In this document: positions 18,064 to 28,351 of the stretch, one piece after another
Layout of the letters: each line of letters begins with the position of its first letter
Numbering within the stretch: the first letter of the stretch is position 1
Assembly: GCA_964454145.1 (NCBI GenBank)
Contig: CAYVQK010000001.1
Location: 1 to 58,479 of the forward strand
Direction: 5' to 3'
Source of the DNA: an uncultured Oceanicola sp.
GTDB taxonomy: Bacteria > Pseudomonadota > Alphaproteobacteria > Rhodobacterales > Rhodobacteraceae
DNA length: 58,479 nucleotides
Notes under the pieces: generated by a model
The model's database searches: none
What the model was told of the DNA's origin: nothing
What the model saw: only the letters and a program-made list of their open reading frames with translations
Program-made: the position numbers and the translations under genes

Positions 18064-19434
18064 CTACACGAAGGCCATCTCCTCGGCTTCCTTCAGGATG
18101 GAATCCAGCGCCAGCAGCGCTGACCGCAGGACTTCGACCGTGCTCGCGGCCCCGAGGCAAATGCGCAAACCCGCCGACGTGCCGGCGCTGGCGCTGAGCG
18201 GGCTCGGGGTGGCCAGGGTGATTCCCCTGAGCGCGGCCTGGGCGGCGAGATTGGCTGGGGTGCGCCCGGCCGGAAGGGTGAGCCAGGCATGGAAGGCGGG
18301 CAGTTCGGCGGCATGAAGGTGCGGGCCAAGGATCTGGCGTGCCAGTGCCGTGCGCTCGGCGGCGGCCCTGCGTTTCAGCTCGATCTGCTGGTCGAGCGCC
18401 CCGCTGCGGATCATCCGCACCACGGCCTCGCTCATGATCGCATTGGCCATCCACCCGGTAGAGCGGATCGCGTTGATGATCCGGTCGCGGAACGGGGCGG
18501 GGGCATGCATCGCCCCGATCCTCAGCCCCGGCATAAGGCATTTGGCGAAGCTGATGATGTAGAAGGAGCGCTCGGGTGCGAAGGAGGAGAGTGTGGGCGG
18601 CGGGTTGGGGCAGAGGAAGCCGTAGACATCATCCTCGATGATCCAGGCCTCGTGGCGCCGCACGATCTCGGCAATCTCGCGGCGGCGCGCCTCCGGCATG
18701 ATCGTGCCGGTCGCCGTCTGGATCGTGGGGGTGCAGCACAGCACCTTGGCGCCGGTTTCACGCAGGGCCGTGTCCACCGCTTCGGGTATCAGGCCGTGTT
18801 CGTCCATCGCCACGCCGTGCAGCGTGTAGTCTTCCATCTGAGCCAGCGCGGTGAGGCCCGAGTAGGTGAGGTTCTCTGCCAACACCGGATCGCCGGGCCG
18901 GGCCAGCAGGCGCAGCGCGACCGAGATCGCATGTTGCGCACCGTTGGTGATGTAGACGTCGCTCTGCTTCACCTCCGTGCCATGGCGCGCGAGCCAGCCG
19001 CTGATCGTGGCGCGGTGGTCGCGCGTGCCCTGGTGGGGCAGGTAGCGCAGGAGTTCGGCGAAGTCGGGCTCCGCGGCGATCTCGGTCAGCACGCTGGCGA
19101 AGATGGCGGCCTCCCCGGTGGGGGGCGGTGCGTTCAGCGCCAGGTTGACCTGCTCCGGCCCGGCCGCGGTTTCCGATACGCCCACGGTGTTGGCGGGCGG
19201 AAGCACGAAGGTGCCGCGACCGACCTGCCCCGAGATGAGCCCCTGGCGCTCCGCAAGCGCATAGGCCTTCGAAACCGTGCCCACGCTGAGCCCCAGCTTC
19301 GAGGCCATTTCACGATGGGTGGGGAGCCGCTGCCCGCCTGTCACGCGCCCACTGGCGATGTCACTTTTCAACGCACCTACGATCTGAATGTAGCGCGGCC
19401 CCTCGCCGAAGGGGAGTGTAGGGTACCAATCCAT
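18064..19434 (-). CDS. MocR/GabR-type GntR regulator with PLP aminotransferase-like domain
   Basis: wHTH RLPTHREMA..GTVSKAY..GRGTFV; IIEDDVY; PLP Lys in SFAKCLMPGLRIG. The start could instead be 19449. Confidence 0.93.
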   Translation of the reverse strand: MDWYPTLPFGEGPRYIQIVGALKSDIASGRVTGGQRLPTHREMASKLGLSVGTVSKAYALAERQGLISGQVGRGTFVLPPANTVGVSETAAGPEQVNLALNAPPPTGEAAIFASVLTEIAAEPDFAELLRYLPHQGTRDHRATISGWLARHGTEVKQSDVYITNGAQHAISVALRLLARPGDPVLAENLTYSGLTALAQMEDYTLHGVAMDEHGLIPEAVDTALRETGAKVLCCTPTIQTATGTIMPEARRREIAEIVRRHEAWIIEDDVYGFLCPNPPPTLSSFAPERSFYIISFAKCLMPGLRIGAMHAPAPFRDRIINAIRSTGWMANAIMSEAVVRMIRSGALDQQIELKRRAAAERTALARQILGPHLHAAELPAFHAWLTLPAGRTPANLAAQAALRGITLATPSPLSASAGTSAGLRICLGAASTVEVLRSALLALDSILKEAEEMAFV

Positions 19435-19460
19435 TGCGTCCTCTGGCATTTTCTGAGGAA

Positions 19461-19630
19461 TATGACAATTTTCGGATTGTCGCAACAATTTAGTTTCCCG
19501 ATGCGGTTGGATGCGGCGTTCGCCCCTTCTTCTGCGCTGCAGAGAGACAATTGTTGCATTGCGGCGCGAGAATTTACCCAATTAAACCACTAAATGTGTA
19601 ACTTTTGGTTTGACTGCCCTGAATTGTCAT
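19461..19630. promoter_or_regulatory. Putative MocR operator array (ACAAT/ATTGT half-sites) in an AT-rich divergent promoter
   Basis: GACAAT-N6-ATTGTC-N3-ACAAT (19464-19489), GACAATTGTT (~19547) and AATTGTC (~19622). Confidence 0.6.
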
Positions 19631-19675
19631 CATAACTTCCCCTCAAAACAACATACAATGTGTCAGGGAGGTCAT

Positions 19676-19996
19676 ATGCTTTACGAGGTGCGCGTGTATG
19701 AGCACGTCGAGGGATGTGCCGATAAGGTGCGTCAACGTTTCATAGAAGAAGTCGCGCCGCGCCTGCCGCAGCACGGGGTCGAGCTGCTCGGTGTCTTCAC
19801 CGACGCAGACACCGGAATGCTCACTTACATGACCCGCTACGAAGACGAGGACGCCCGGGACAAGGCCTGGGCTTCCTTCGGCAGCGACGAGGGCTGGAAG
19901 GCGGCGAAGGCGGCTTCCGAGGCCAACGGCCCGCTGATTGCCAAGCAGCACAAGACGGTGCTGAAGCCGGTTATGGCCGGTCTGCCGAACTCCTGA
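19676..19996 (+). CDS. NIPSNAP-family protein
   Basis: MLYEVRVY..F..HGVELLGVF..AWASFGSDEGW; SD GGAGG. Confidence 0.85.
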   Translation: MLYEVRVYEHVEGCADKVRQRFIEEVAPRLPQHGVELLGVFTDADTGMLTYMTRYEDEDARDKAWASFGSDEGWKAAKAASEANGPLIAKQHKTVLKPVMAGLPNS

Positions 19997-20026
19997 CGCG
20001 AAGGGGAAGATGGGGAGGAGACACGC

Positions 20027-20899
20027 GTGAAGGCGGCGCCATTCAACTATCTGCGGCCAGCCACCGTCGAGGAGGCCTGCGAGGCCCTCGCGGATGACAT
20101 GGACGCGCGCGTTCTGGCGGGTGGCCAGACGCTTGTGCCGATGCTGGCGATGCGGCTGGCGCGCCCCTCGCTGCTGGTCGATGTGACCCGGCTCGAGGCG
20201 CTGGCCGGCATCGAGGACACCGGCGAAGGGATCGCCATCGGCGCCGCGGTGCGCCAGGCCGTGGCACTGCGTTCCGATCTGATCGCCCGCGAGGTGCCGC
20301 TGCTGGCGGCGGCGCTCCCCAACGTGGGTCACCCGCCCACCCGGGCGCGTGGGACAATCGGCGGCTCAATCGCCCATGGCGACCCCTCCGCCGAGATCGC
20401 CCTCGCGGCCACCATTCTCGAGGCGCAGATCGTCTTCCTGGCCGATGGCGAGGAAGAGGCGATTGCGCCGGAGGATTTCTTCATCGGGCCCACGGTCACG
20501 ATGGCGCCCATGGGCGGGCTACTGACCCGCGTGGTCTTTCCCAAGCGGCCCGAGGGTCGCGTCGGGGCGGGCTTCCGCGAGGTCGCCTCGCGCCGGAGCG
20601 ATTACGCCTTCGCCTCCGCCGGGGCGCAGGTGGTGCTGGATGAGGAGGGCACCTGCACCGAGGCCCGGCTGGGAATCGGCAGCGTGGGCGATGTGCCGAT
20701 TACCGTCGATGTGTCGTCTCTCGCGGGCACAAGGCTCGACCCGGAGAGCGTGAGGGGCGCCGTCGAGGCGGCACTCGACGACCTCGACTGCGTCGACGAC
20801 CTCCACGCAACCGCCAGCTACCGCCGCCGCGCCGCCGGTCGGCTCGCGGAACAGGCACTCGAACAGGCCCGCACGGCCGCAATGGGAGACGCGGCATGA
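20027..20899 (+). CDS. Mo-hydroxylase FAD-binding medium subunit (CoxM/XdhB-like)
   Basis: AGGQTL, RGTIGGSIAHGDPSAE. Confidence 0.92.
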   Translation: MKAAPFNYLRPATVEEACEALADDMDARVLAGGQTLVPMLAMRLARPSLLVDVTRLEALAGIEDTGEGIAIGAAVRQAVALRSDLIAREVPLLAAALPNVGHPPTRARGTIGGSIAHGDPSAEIALAATILEAQIVFLADGEEEAIAPEDFFIGPTVTMAPMGGLLTRVVFPKRPEGRVGAGFREVASRRSDYAFASAGAQVVLDEEGTCTEARLGIGSVGDVPITVDVSSLAGTRLDPESVRGAVEAALDDLDCVDDLHATASYRRRAAGRLAEQALEQARTAAMGDAA

Positions 20900-21393
20900 A
20901 GACCGACCTCACCGTGAACGGCCAGCCGGTCAGCTTCGACGTGGAGCCGCGGGTGACCCTGCTCGATGCCCTGCGCGACGAACTCGGCCTGAAGGGCACC
21001 CACGCGGGCTGCGAGCACGGTGTCTGTGGCGCCTGCACCGTCGAAGTGGAAGGCGAGGCCGTGCGCTCCTGCCTGATGCTTGCCGTGCAATGCGACGGCC
21101 TCGAGGTGACCACCATCGAAGGCGTCGCCCCGGCGCGCGGCGAGATGGACATCATCCAGGACAGCTTCTGCGAGACCCACGGGTTGCAGTGCGGCTATTG
21201 CACGCCGGGCATGATCATCGCGGCCAAGGCCCTGCTGGCAGGCAACCGCGAGCCCAGCGATGAGCAGATCCGCGAGGCGATCTCGGGCAACATCTGCCGC
21301 TGCACCGGCTACGGCCAGATCGTCGAAGCCATCCGCCTTGCGGCGAAGCGGCTGCGCGAGAGCAATACGTTGGCGATGGAGGCAGGCGAATGA
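20896..21393 (+). CDS. Mo-hydroxylase [2Fe-2S] small subunit (CoxS-like)
   Basis: GCEHGVCGAC, QCGYC, GNICRCTGY. Confidence 0.95.
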   Translation: MKTDLTVNGQPVSFDVEPRVTLLDALRDELGLKGTHAGCEHGVCGACTVEVEGEAVRSCLMLAVQCDGLEVTTIEGVAPARGEMDIIQDSFCETHGLQCGYCTPGMIIAAKALLAGNREPSDEQIREAISGNICRCTGYGQIVEAIRLAAKRLRESNTLAMEAGE

Positions 21394-23789
21394 CCGAGCA
21401 GCCAAAGCCCTTTTCCGGCCGCTATGTCTCGTCCGACCGGCGGGTGCGCGAAGACACCCGTTTCGTCGCCGGCTCGGGGCATTACGTGCAGGATATCGAC
21501 CGGCCCGGCATGCTCCACGTGGCGCTCGTCGCCGCCCAGCACCCCTCGGCGAAGATCGAGGATATCGACGCCTCGGAGGCGCTTGCGATGGACGGCGTGA
21601 TCGAGGTGCTCACCGGCGAGGAACTTGCCGGGGCGACCAATCCGCTGATGAACGGGCTCGACACGCCCGAGGTGCGCCGCTTTCCGCTCGCCGTGGGGCA
21701 GAACCGCTATGCCGGTGAGTGGGTCGCCGCCGTTGTCGCCACCTCGCGCGCGCTCGCCGAGGACGCTGCCGAGAAGGTGAAGGTGAAGGGCGAGCGCCTG
21801 GGCTTCGTGATGGATCCGGAGAAGGCGCTGGAAGAGGGCGCCACCCCGGTGCACCCGTCCCATGGCTCGAACCTGCTGCTCGACCGCACCTTCGACTGGG
21901 GCCCTGTCGACGAGGATTTCGCCCGCAGCGACGAGACGCTGAAGCTGCGTGTCACTTGGGGCCGCAACTCCACGGTGCCGATCGAAACCTTCGGGGTGAT
22001 CTGCGAGTGGAACGCCTGGGAGAACGTGCTCGACGTCTGGGCCTCGATCCAGATGCCCAAGTACGCCGACCAGATCGCGCGGGCGCTGGGCCTGCGTGGC
22101 AACGACGTGCGGGTGCATTACGATGTCGATGTCGGCGGCTCCTACGGGGTGAAGCGCGGCATCAAGCACACGGTGCTCACCGCCTATCTCGCCCGCAAGC
22201 TCGGGCGCCCGGTGCGGCTGGTGGAGGATCGGCTGGAGAACATGCGCGCGGGCGACGCCCACGGACCCGAGCGGATCTTCGACATCGAGGTCGCCTTCGA
22301 CCGCGACGGCACTGTGAACGCCATGAAGATGCGCGCGCTCGACAATGCCGGCGCCTATGCCGGCCGCGCGCCTTTCCAGCTCGGCAAGCCCATCGGCGCC
22401 ATCGTCGGGCCCTACCGCATCGGCTCGGTGCAATACCGTGCGATGAGCGTGACCACCAACAAGACAGTGCAGGAAGCGGTGCGCGGCTTCGGCCAGTCGC
22501 CCACGAACTATGCCATCGAGACGATGATGGACCGGGTCGCCGCCCATCTCGGGATGGACCGGATCGAGCTGCGCCGGAAGAACTTCATCCGGTCCGACGA
22601 GTTTCCATGGGAAATTCCCTCAGGCAGCAAGTATGACAGCGGCGATTACCACGCGGTGGTCGACAAGGTGCTGGCGCATTGCGGCTACGATGCGCTGATC
22701 GCGGAGCGGGACAGGCTGCGCGAGGAAGGGCTCTGCGCCGGCATCGGCGTGGCCGCCTGCCTCGAGCCCTCGGGCGGCAACTCGTCCTTCGAGCCGCTGC
22801 TGAACCCCAAGAATCGCACCTCCACCTGGATGGAAGGCAGCCGGGTGAACGTTGATGCGCTGGGCGACGTGACCGTGGCGATCCACACCACCAGTTCGGG
22901 CCAGGGCCACGAGACGCTCGCCGCCACCGTGGTGGGCGAGGTGCTGGAGATGGATCCCGACCGCATCCGCGTGGTGCGCCCCGACAGCCTCGGCTCGCTG
23001 CCCGGCAACTCGCCAGTGGGCAGCCGCATGGCGATCATGCTGGGCGGCGCGGCGGCCAATGCGGCGCGCTCCATCAAGGCACAAGCGCTGGCCATCGCGG
23101 CGAAGCTGCTGGGCGAGGAGGCGGCTCGGCTGAGCTACTCCGAGGGCACCATCACCGCGCCGGACGGCCGCGAGGTGACATGGGACGAGGTGGTCGACGT
23201 GGCGCACCGCCGCTTCCACGACCTGCCGCCAGGCGTGAACCCCGGACTGACGGCGAGCTTCATCCAGCAGGTGCCCACCGGCGAGGCGCTGCCGAAGGAC
23301 GACAAGGCGCAGATGTATCCCTGCTATTCCTTCGAGTTCCACCTCATCCTGATGGCCTTCGACCCGGTGCTCGCCAAGCCCGAGTTCCGCCGCTACGTGA
23401 TCGGGCACGACTGCGGCACCGTCATCAACCCCCACATCGTCAAGGGAATGACGCTGGGCGGCATCGCCCATGGCATCGGCGCGGCCCTGCTCGAGGAATT
23501 CGCCTATGATGGCGAGGGCCACCTGATGACCCAGAGCTTTCTCGACTATCTCATGCCCTCGTCGCACGAGGTGCCGGAGGTCGAGATCGTGCACCACTGC
23601 ACGCCTTCGCCGCTCACAGAGTTCGGCCAGAAGGGCTCGGGCGAGAGCGGCTATCTCGGCGCGCCCGCCGCCATATCCGGCGCGATCCATGACGCGCTGA
23701 AACCCTGGAACATCCACCTGAACAAGCTGCCGATCCGGATGAGCGCCATCAGCGACGCCATCGCCGCAGCCGAGGAGAAGTCCGAATGA
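21390..23789 (+). CDS. Xanthine-dehydrogenase-family molybdopterin large subunit (not a CO dehydrogenase)
   Basis: GGSYGVK, active-site loop AVRGFG, GQGHET, catalytic KGSGE; lacks the CODH AYxCSFR motif. Confidence 0.92.
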   Translation: MTEQPKPFSGRYVSSDRRVREDTRFVAGSGHYVQDIDRPGMLHVALVAAQHPSAKIEDIDASEALAMDGVIEVLTGEELAGATNPLMNGLDTPEVRRFPLAVGQNRYAGEWVAAVVATSRALAEDAAEKVKVKGERLGFVMDPEKALEEGATPVHPSHGSNLLLDRTFDWGPVDEDFARSDETLKLRVTWGRNSTVPIETFGVICEWNAWENVLDVWASIQMPKYADQIARALGLRGNDVRVHYDVDVGGSYGVKRGIKHTVLTAYLARKLGRPVRLVEDRLENMRAGDAHGPERIFDIEVAFDRDGTVNAMKMRALDNAGAYAGRAPFQLGKPIGAIVGPYRIGSVQYRAMSVTTNKTVQEAVRGFGQSPTNYAIETMMDRVAAHLGMDRIELRRKNFIRSDEFPWEIPSGSKYDSGDYHAVVDKVLAHCGYDALIAERDRLREEGLCAGIGVAACLEPSGGNSSFEPLLNPKNRTSTWMEGSRVNVDALGDVTVAIHTTSSGQGHETLAATVVGEVLEMDPDRIRVVRPDSLGSLPGNSPVGSRMAIMLGGAAANAARSIKAQALAIAAKLLGEEAARLSYSEGTITAPDGREVTWDEVVDVAHRRFHDLPPGVNPGLTASFIQQVPTGEALPKDDKAQMYPCYSFEFHLILMAFDPVLAKPEFRRYVIGHDCGTVINPHIVKGMTLGGIAHGIGAALLEEFAYDGEGHLMTQSFLDYLMPSSHEVPEVEIVHHCTPSPLTEFGQKGSGESGYLGAPAAISGAIHDALKPWNIHLNKLPIRMSAISDAIAAAEEKSE

Positions 23790-24772
23790 TCATAGATGCC
23801 CACGCCCACCTGGTGCCGCCGAAGCTGCTTGAAGAGCTGCAGGACCGCGCCTCGGAGTTTCCCTCCGTGGCGATCACGCCCAAGGACGGTTCGGTAAGCT
23901 TTGCCTTCGCCGGCAAGAAGCCCACGCGACCTGTCGCGCCCGGGCTTACCAACATCGAGAAGCGCCTCGGGTGGATGGATGCACAGGGCATCGACCGGCA
24001 GGTTGTGGCGGGCTGGCTCGACATGTTCGGCAATGACCTGCCCGTCGAGGAGGGCGCGGCCTGGGCCCGCACCATCAACGCCCATCTCAAGGCGGTGGGC
24101 GAAGAGACCGGCGGGCGCTTCTCCGGCCTTGCCGTGGTGCCCACTCAGGACGGTGCGGCCGCGGCCGAGGTGCTGCGCGAGGCGCACGGTCAGGGCTTTT
24201 CCGGCACCATGATCGGCACCCAGCCCGACAACGGCGGCGGCGAGCTCGACGATCCTGCGCTCGACCCGTTCTGGCAGGCGGCCCACGAGCTGGGCTCGAT
24301 CGTGGCGATCCACCCGGTCTTCGACGCCGGCGATGCCCGGGTGCGCGATTTCGGCATGCCCAACGCGCTTGGCCGGATCACCGACAGCCTCATCGCCGTG
24401 ACCCGCATCATCTACTCCGGCCACGTCGAGAAGTATTCCGGCGCCAAGATCGTGATCGGCATCGGCGGCGCGGCGCTGCCCTTCGTCATCGGCCGGTTGC
24501 GCCACAACCACGCGCTGCACCCCGAGGACATGGCCGACCCGGTGAAGGCAATGTCGCTGCTCTACTACGACACGCTGCTGCACGACCCGCGGGCCCTGCA
24601 GCTGCTGATCGACTGCGTCGGCGCCGAGCGGATCATGCTGGGCTCCGATATGCCCTTCCCGATCGGCGACCCGAAGCCGCGCGACATTCTTGACGGTGTC
24701 ACCCTGACGTCCGAGCAGCGCGAGAGCATCGAAAGCGGGCTGGCGCTGAAGCTGATGGGAGAAACGGCATGA
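23786..24772 (+). CDS. Amidohydrolase_2 family (ACMSD-like decarboxylase/hydratase)
   Basis: IIDAHAH, AIHP, LGSDMPF. Confidence 0.85.
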   Translation: MIIDAHAHLVPPKLLEELQDRASEFPSVAITPKDGSVSFAFAGKKPTRPVAPGLTNIEKRLGWMDAQGIDRQVVAGWLDMFGNDLPVEEGAAWARTINAHLKAVGEETGGRFSGLAVVPTQDGAAAAEVLREAHGQGFSGTMIGTQPDNGGGELDDPALDPFWQAAHELGSIVAIHPVFDAGDARVRDFGMPNALGRITDSLIAVTRIIYSGHVEKYSGAKIVIGIGGAALPFVIGRLRHNHALHPEDMADPVKAMSLLYYDTLLHDPRALQLLIDCVGAERIMLGSDMPFPIGDPKPRDILDGVTLTSEQRESIESGLALKLMGETA

Positions 24773-25230
24773 AGATGGAGCTTTCGGGCAGCGAGGAAAT
24801 CGCCGTCAGTCGGCAGGAGCTGTGGGACGCGCTGCAGGATCCTGCGGTGCTGACCAAGTGCATCCCCGGCTGCAAGGAGATGACCGAGACCGCGCCGGAT
24901 GACTACGACGTGAAGATGCAGCTCAAGGTCGCCGCCGTGGGCGGCACCTTCGACGGCAAGGTGAAGCTCTTCGACAAGGACGCGCCGGAGAGCTGCCACA
25001 TCACCGTCTCGGGCGGCGGCACGCTGGGCACCGGCGAAGGCACCGCCAAGTTCACAATCACCGAGCTTTCGCCCGGCACCTCGCAGCTCGACTACGCGGG
25101 CGAGGGCGAAATCGGCGGCCTCGTCGCGGGTGTCGGCCAGCGTGTGCTGAAATCGGTCGCCAAGCATCTGACCAAGCAGTTCTTCACCGCGCTGAAGAAG
25201 CATTTCGCGGCGGAGAACGCGACGGCCTGA
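24769..25230 (+). CDS. coxG: CoxG/SRPBCC-family protein
   Basis: LWDALQDP..KCIPGC..IGGLVAGVGQR; adjacent to the Mo-hydroxylase genes. Confidence 0.88.
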   Translation: MKMELSGSEEIAVSRQELWDALQDPAVLTKCIPGCKEMTETAPDDYDVKMQLKVAAVGGTFDGKVKLFDKDAPESCHITVSGGGTLGTGEGTAKFTITELSPGTSQLDYAGEGEIGGLVAGVGQRVLKSVAKHLTKQFFTALKKHFAAENATA

Positions 25231-25281
25231 GACGGGGCTCCACGGGGGCCTGAACCGACAACGCCCAGGGGAGGAGTGGCG

Positions 25282-26082
25282 ATGGGGGAGACACACAAGG
25301 TAACAGCGCCGGGGGGCAATGCCCTCGCCGTGTCGCGCCGCGAGGGTGCGGGGCTGCCGGTGCTGTTCCTCAATTCCTTCGCCGCAGATCACACGATGTG
25401 GGAGGGCGTGCGCGACAGGCTCACGCGGCCGACGGTGGCTTATGACGCGCGCGGCCATGGCGCCTCCGACATTGTGGGGGATGCCGTTACGGTGGCCGAC
25501 CTCGCCGCCGATGCCCGTGCGGTGATGGAGGCCGAGGGGCTGGAGCGTGCGGTGCTCTGCGGGCTCTCGCTGGGCGGGCTCACCGCGATGCAACTGGCCG
25601 CAGAGGCGCCCGGCAAGGTGGCGGGGCTGGCGCTGGCCAACACGGCCGTCAACTTTCCGCCCGCGAGCATGTGGGAGGGGCGCGCCGAGGCCGCCCGCGC
25701 CGGGGGCTACCCCGATCTGATCCAGCCCACGCTGGAGCGCTGGCTCACCGAAGGCTGGCGCGCAGCGCACCCCGAGGAGACAGACGAGGTGAAGGCGATG
25801 CTCGAGGCGATGCCGCCGGAGGGTTATGCCGCGGCCTGCAATGCCTTGGCCGAGGGCGACACCACCGAGGCGCTCGCCGGCTGGCAGGGCCGCACGCTCA
25901 TCATCGCGGGCCGGCACGACATGTCGTCCCCTGTCGCCCGCGCCGAGGAGATGGCTGCGTTGTCGCCCGGGGCCGAGCTGGTGGTGCTGGATGCCGCCCA
26001 TGTCTCCTCGATCGAGGCGCCCGGGCCCTTCGCCGAGGCGTTGGAACGCTTCGCTGCCGCCTGCGAGGTTGCTCATGGCTGA
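25282..26082 (+). CDS. Alpha/beta hydrolase, PcaD (enol-lactone hydrolase)-like
   Basis: YDARGHG, nucleophile elbow GLSLGG, LDAAH. Confidence 0.85.
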   Translation: MGETHKVTAPGGNALAVSRREGAGLPVLFLNSFAADHTMWEGVRDRLTRPTVAYDARGHGASDIVGDAVTVADLAADARAVMEAEGLERAVLCGLSLGGLTAMQLAAEAPGKVAGLALANTAVNFPPASMWEGRAEAARAGGYPDLIQPTLERWLTEGWRAAHPEETDEVKAMLEAMPPEGYAAACNALAEGDTTEALAGWQGRTLIIAGRHDMSSPVARAEEMAALSPGAELVVLDAAHVSSIEAPGPFAEALERFAAACEVAHG

Positions 26083-26665
26083 TCCGCGCCGTGTCATCGT
26101 CGGAATCACCGGGGCGTCGGGCACCATCCTCGGCGTGCGCATTCTGGAGCTTCTGAAGGGTGTCGAGGGCGTCGAGACGCATCTCGTCATGTCGCCCGCC
26201 GCCGTGCGGACGCTGAAGATCGAGACCGATTACACCGCCGACCAGGTCGCGGCGCTGGCCGACGAGGCGCACAGCTTCAAGGATATCGGCGCCTCCATCG
26301 CCTCTGGCTCGTTCCGTTCGGAGGGGATGATCGTGGCGCCCTGTTCGGTAAAGACCATGGGCGCCCTGGCCGCCTGCATGACCGACGATCTCATCTCGCG
26401 GGCCGCCGATGTCTGCCTGAAGGAACGGCGCCGCGTCGTGCTGATGTTCCGCGAGACCCCGCTCCACGCCGGGCACCTCCGGGTGATGAAGGATGTCACC
26501 GACGCGGGCGCGATCGTGATGCCCGCTGTCGTCGGCCTCTATTACCGCCCGCAGTCGGTGATGGAGATGATCGACCACCTCGCCGGCCGTGCGCTCGACC
26601 TTCTCGGGATCGACGCCGGCACCGTCAAGCGCTGGCAGGGCCAGCCGCAGGGAGAAGACAAATGA
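26075..26665 (+). CDS. ubiX: Flavin prenyltransferase
   Basis: VGITGASG, IASGSF, APCSVKT, RAADVCLKERR, RETP. Confidence 0.95.
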   Translation: MADPRRVIVGITGASGTILGVRILELLKGVEGVETHLVMSPAAVRTLKIETDYTADQVAALADEAHSFKDIGASIASGSFRSEGMIVAPCSVKTMGALAACMTDDLISRAADVCLKERRRVVLMFRETPLHAGHLRVMKDVTDAGAIVMPAVVGLYYRPQSVMEMIDHLAGRALDLLGIDAGTVKRWQGQPQGEDK

Positions 26666-28317
26666 AGGATGCACCGGGAGGCGGCCAGTACCGCGACCTG
26701 CACGATCACATCGCTGCTCTGGAGGAGGCCGGGCTTCTGACCCGCGTCGACCGACCGATCGACAAGGATGCCGAGATGCACCCGCTGGTGCGCTGGCAGT
26801 ACGTCGGCGGGTTGAAGGAGGAGGATCGCAAGGCCTTTCTCTTCACCAACATCAAGAACGGCAAGGGCCGGAGCTATGACATCCCGGTGATGGTCGGCGG
26901 CATGGCGGCCAACCGGGCGGTCTACGCCACCGGGATGAACTGTTCGCTCGACGATATCGCCGCGAAGTGGGCCCATGCCATCGCCAACCCGGTGAAGCCG
27001 GTGGAGGTGGAGGACGCGCCCTGCCACGAGATCGTGGAGGAGGGCGAGATCCTGAGCGAGGAAGGCCACGGCATCGACGTGCTGCCGATCCCGGTCTCAA
27101 CCCCGGGCTTCGATTCCGCGCCCACGCTCTCTGCGACCAACGTCATCACCGCCGATCCCGAGGACGGGGTGCAGAACATGGGCACCTACCGTTGCGCGCT
27201 GAAGGCGCCCGACCGGCTGGTGGTGCGCATGGCCACACGCGTCGGCGGGGCAGGAGGCTACCAGCACTACCTCAAGCACCAGGCCGCGGGCGACAAGGAG
27301 ATGCCGGTGGCCATCGTGCTCGGCTGCCCGCCCTACGTGGCCTTCATGGGGCCGCAGAAGATGCCGATCGGGGTGGACGAGTTCGACGTGGCCGGCGGCC
27401 TCGCGGGCGGCCCGATCCGGATCACCAAGGCGCGTACGGTGCCGCTCATGGTGCCCGCCGAGGCCGAGGTGGTGATCGAAGGCTACATCGACGTGACGAA
27501 GGTCGAACCCGAAGGGCCCTTCGGCGAGAGCCACGGCCACGTGGCGCTGGAAGAATACAACATGCCGATGCGGGTCACGGCGGTGACCCGCCGCAAGGAC
27601 GCGGTAATCCCCAGCTACATCAGCCAGGTTGCGCCGTCGGAAAGCTCGGTCATCAAGCGGGTCGCCTACGAGCCGCTCTTCACCCATCACCTCAAGTCGA
27701 CGCTCTCGATCAAGGGGGTGAAGAAGGTCTCGCTGCACGAGCCGCTGACGGGCCTGCTGCGGGTGAGCGTGATCACCATCGAGCCGGGTACGCCGCGCAC
27801 GGAGGTCTGGCGCGCGCTCAATGGGGCCGCCTTCTTCAAGGGCGACTGCGGCAAGATCTGCATCGCGGTGAACGAGGATATCGACGTGGACAGCCCCGAC
27901 GCGATCCTCTGGGCCATGGCCTATCGGTCCAACCCGGTCGAGGACATGGCGCTGGTGCCGCACCGCGGGCAGGGACACGGGCCGAAGCGCGAGCACGACG
28001 GCGAGGAGGACAGCACGCTGCTGGTCGATGCCACCATGAAGTCGCCGATGCCGCCGCTGGCGCTGCCGGCGAAGGAATACATGGAGCGCGCCAAGACGAT
28101 CTGGGAAGAGATGCAACTGCCGCGCCTGATGCCGCAGAAGCCCTGGCACGGCTACTCGCTCGGCGCCTGGCACGAGATCTGGGACGCCGCCGCCAAGCGC
28201 GCGGCAGAGGGCGATTACATCGAGAACGGCAAGATCAGCGCGACGCTGCAGGTGGCGGGCGTCAAGCCCGAAACCCGCGTCGATCCCGACGAGAGCCTGA
28301 AGAAGATGAAGGGCTGA
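26662..28317 (+). CDS. UbiD-family prFMN-dependent decarboxylase (catabolic, substrate unknown)
   Basis: NMGTYR, AEVVIEG, EGPFGESHG; translationally coupled to ubiX. Confidence 0.92.
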   Translation: MKDAPGGGQYRDLHDHIAALEEAGLLTRVDRPIDKDAEMHPLVRWQYVGGLKEEDRKAFLFTNIKNGKGRSYDIPVMVGGMAANRAVYATGMNCSLDDIAAKWAHAIANPVKPVEVEDAPCHEIVEEGEILSEEGHGIDVLPIPVSTPGFDSAPTLSATNVITADPEDGVQNMGTYRCALKAPDRLVVRMATRVGGAGGYQHYLKHQAAGDKEMPVAIVLGCPPYVAFMGPQKMPIGVDEFDVAGGLAGGPIRITKARTVPLMVPAEAEVVIEGYIDVTKVEPEGPFGESHGHVALEEYNMPMRVTAVTRRKDAVIPSYISQVAPSESSVIKRVAYEPLFTHHLKSTLSIKGVKKVSLHEPLTGLLRVSVITIEPGTPRTEVWRALNGAAFFKGDCGKICIAVNEDIDVDSPDAILWAMAYRSNPVEDMALVPHRGQGHGPKREHDGEEDSTLLVDATMKSPMPPLALPAKEYMERAKTIWEEMQLPRLMPQKPWHGYSLGAWHEIWDAAAKRAAEGDYIENGKISATLQVAGVKPETRVDPDESLKKMKG

Positions 28318-28351
28318 CGCGCCGGCGGGGCAGCGGCAGAGGGAGGAGCCA

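Noticed and set aside
20027-25230. Aerobic CO dehydrogenase (coxMSL + coxG)
   Set aside because: The large-subunit active-site loop is AVRGFG, not AYxCSFR (form I) or AYxGAGR (form II). There are no coxDEF genes, and the context is organic-acid catabolism.
26075-28317. Ubiquinone-biosynthesis ubiD/ubiX
   Set aside because: The genes are embedded in a catabolic operon with transporters, and the UbiD is long and divergent. It is a family member, not evidence of quinone synthesis.
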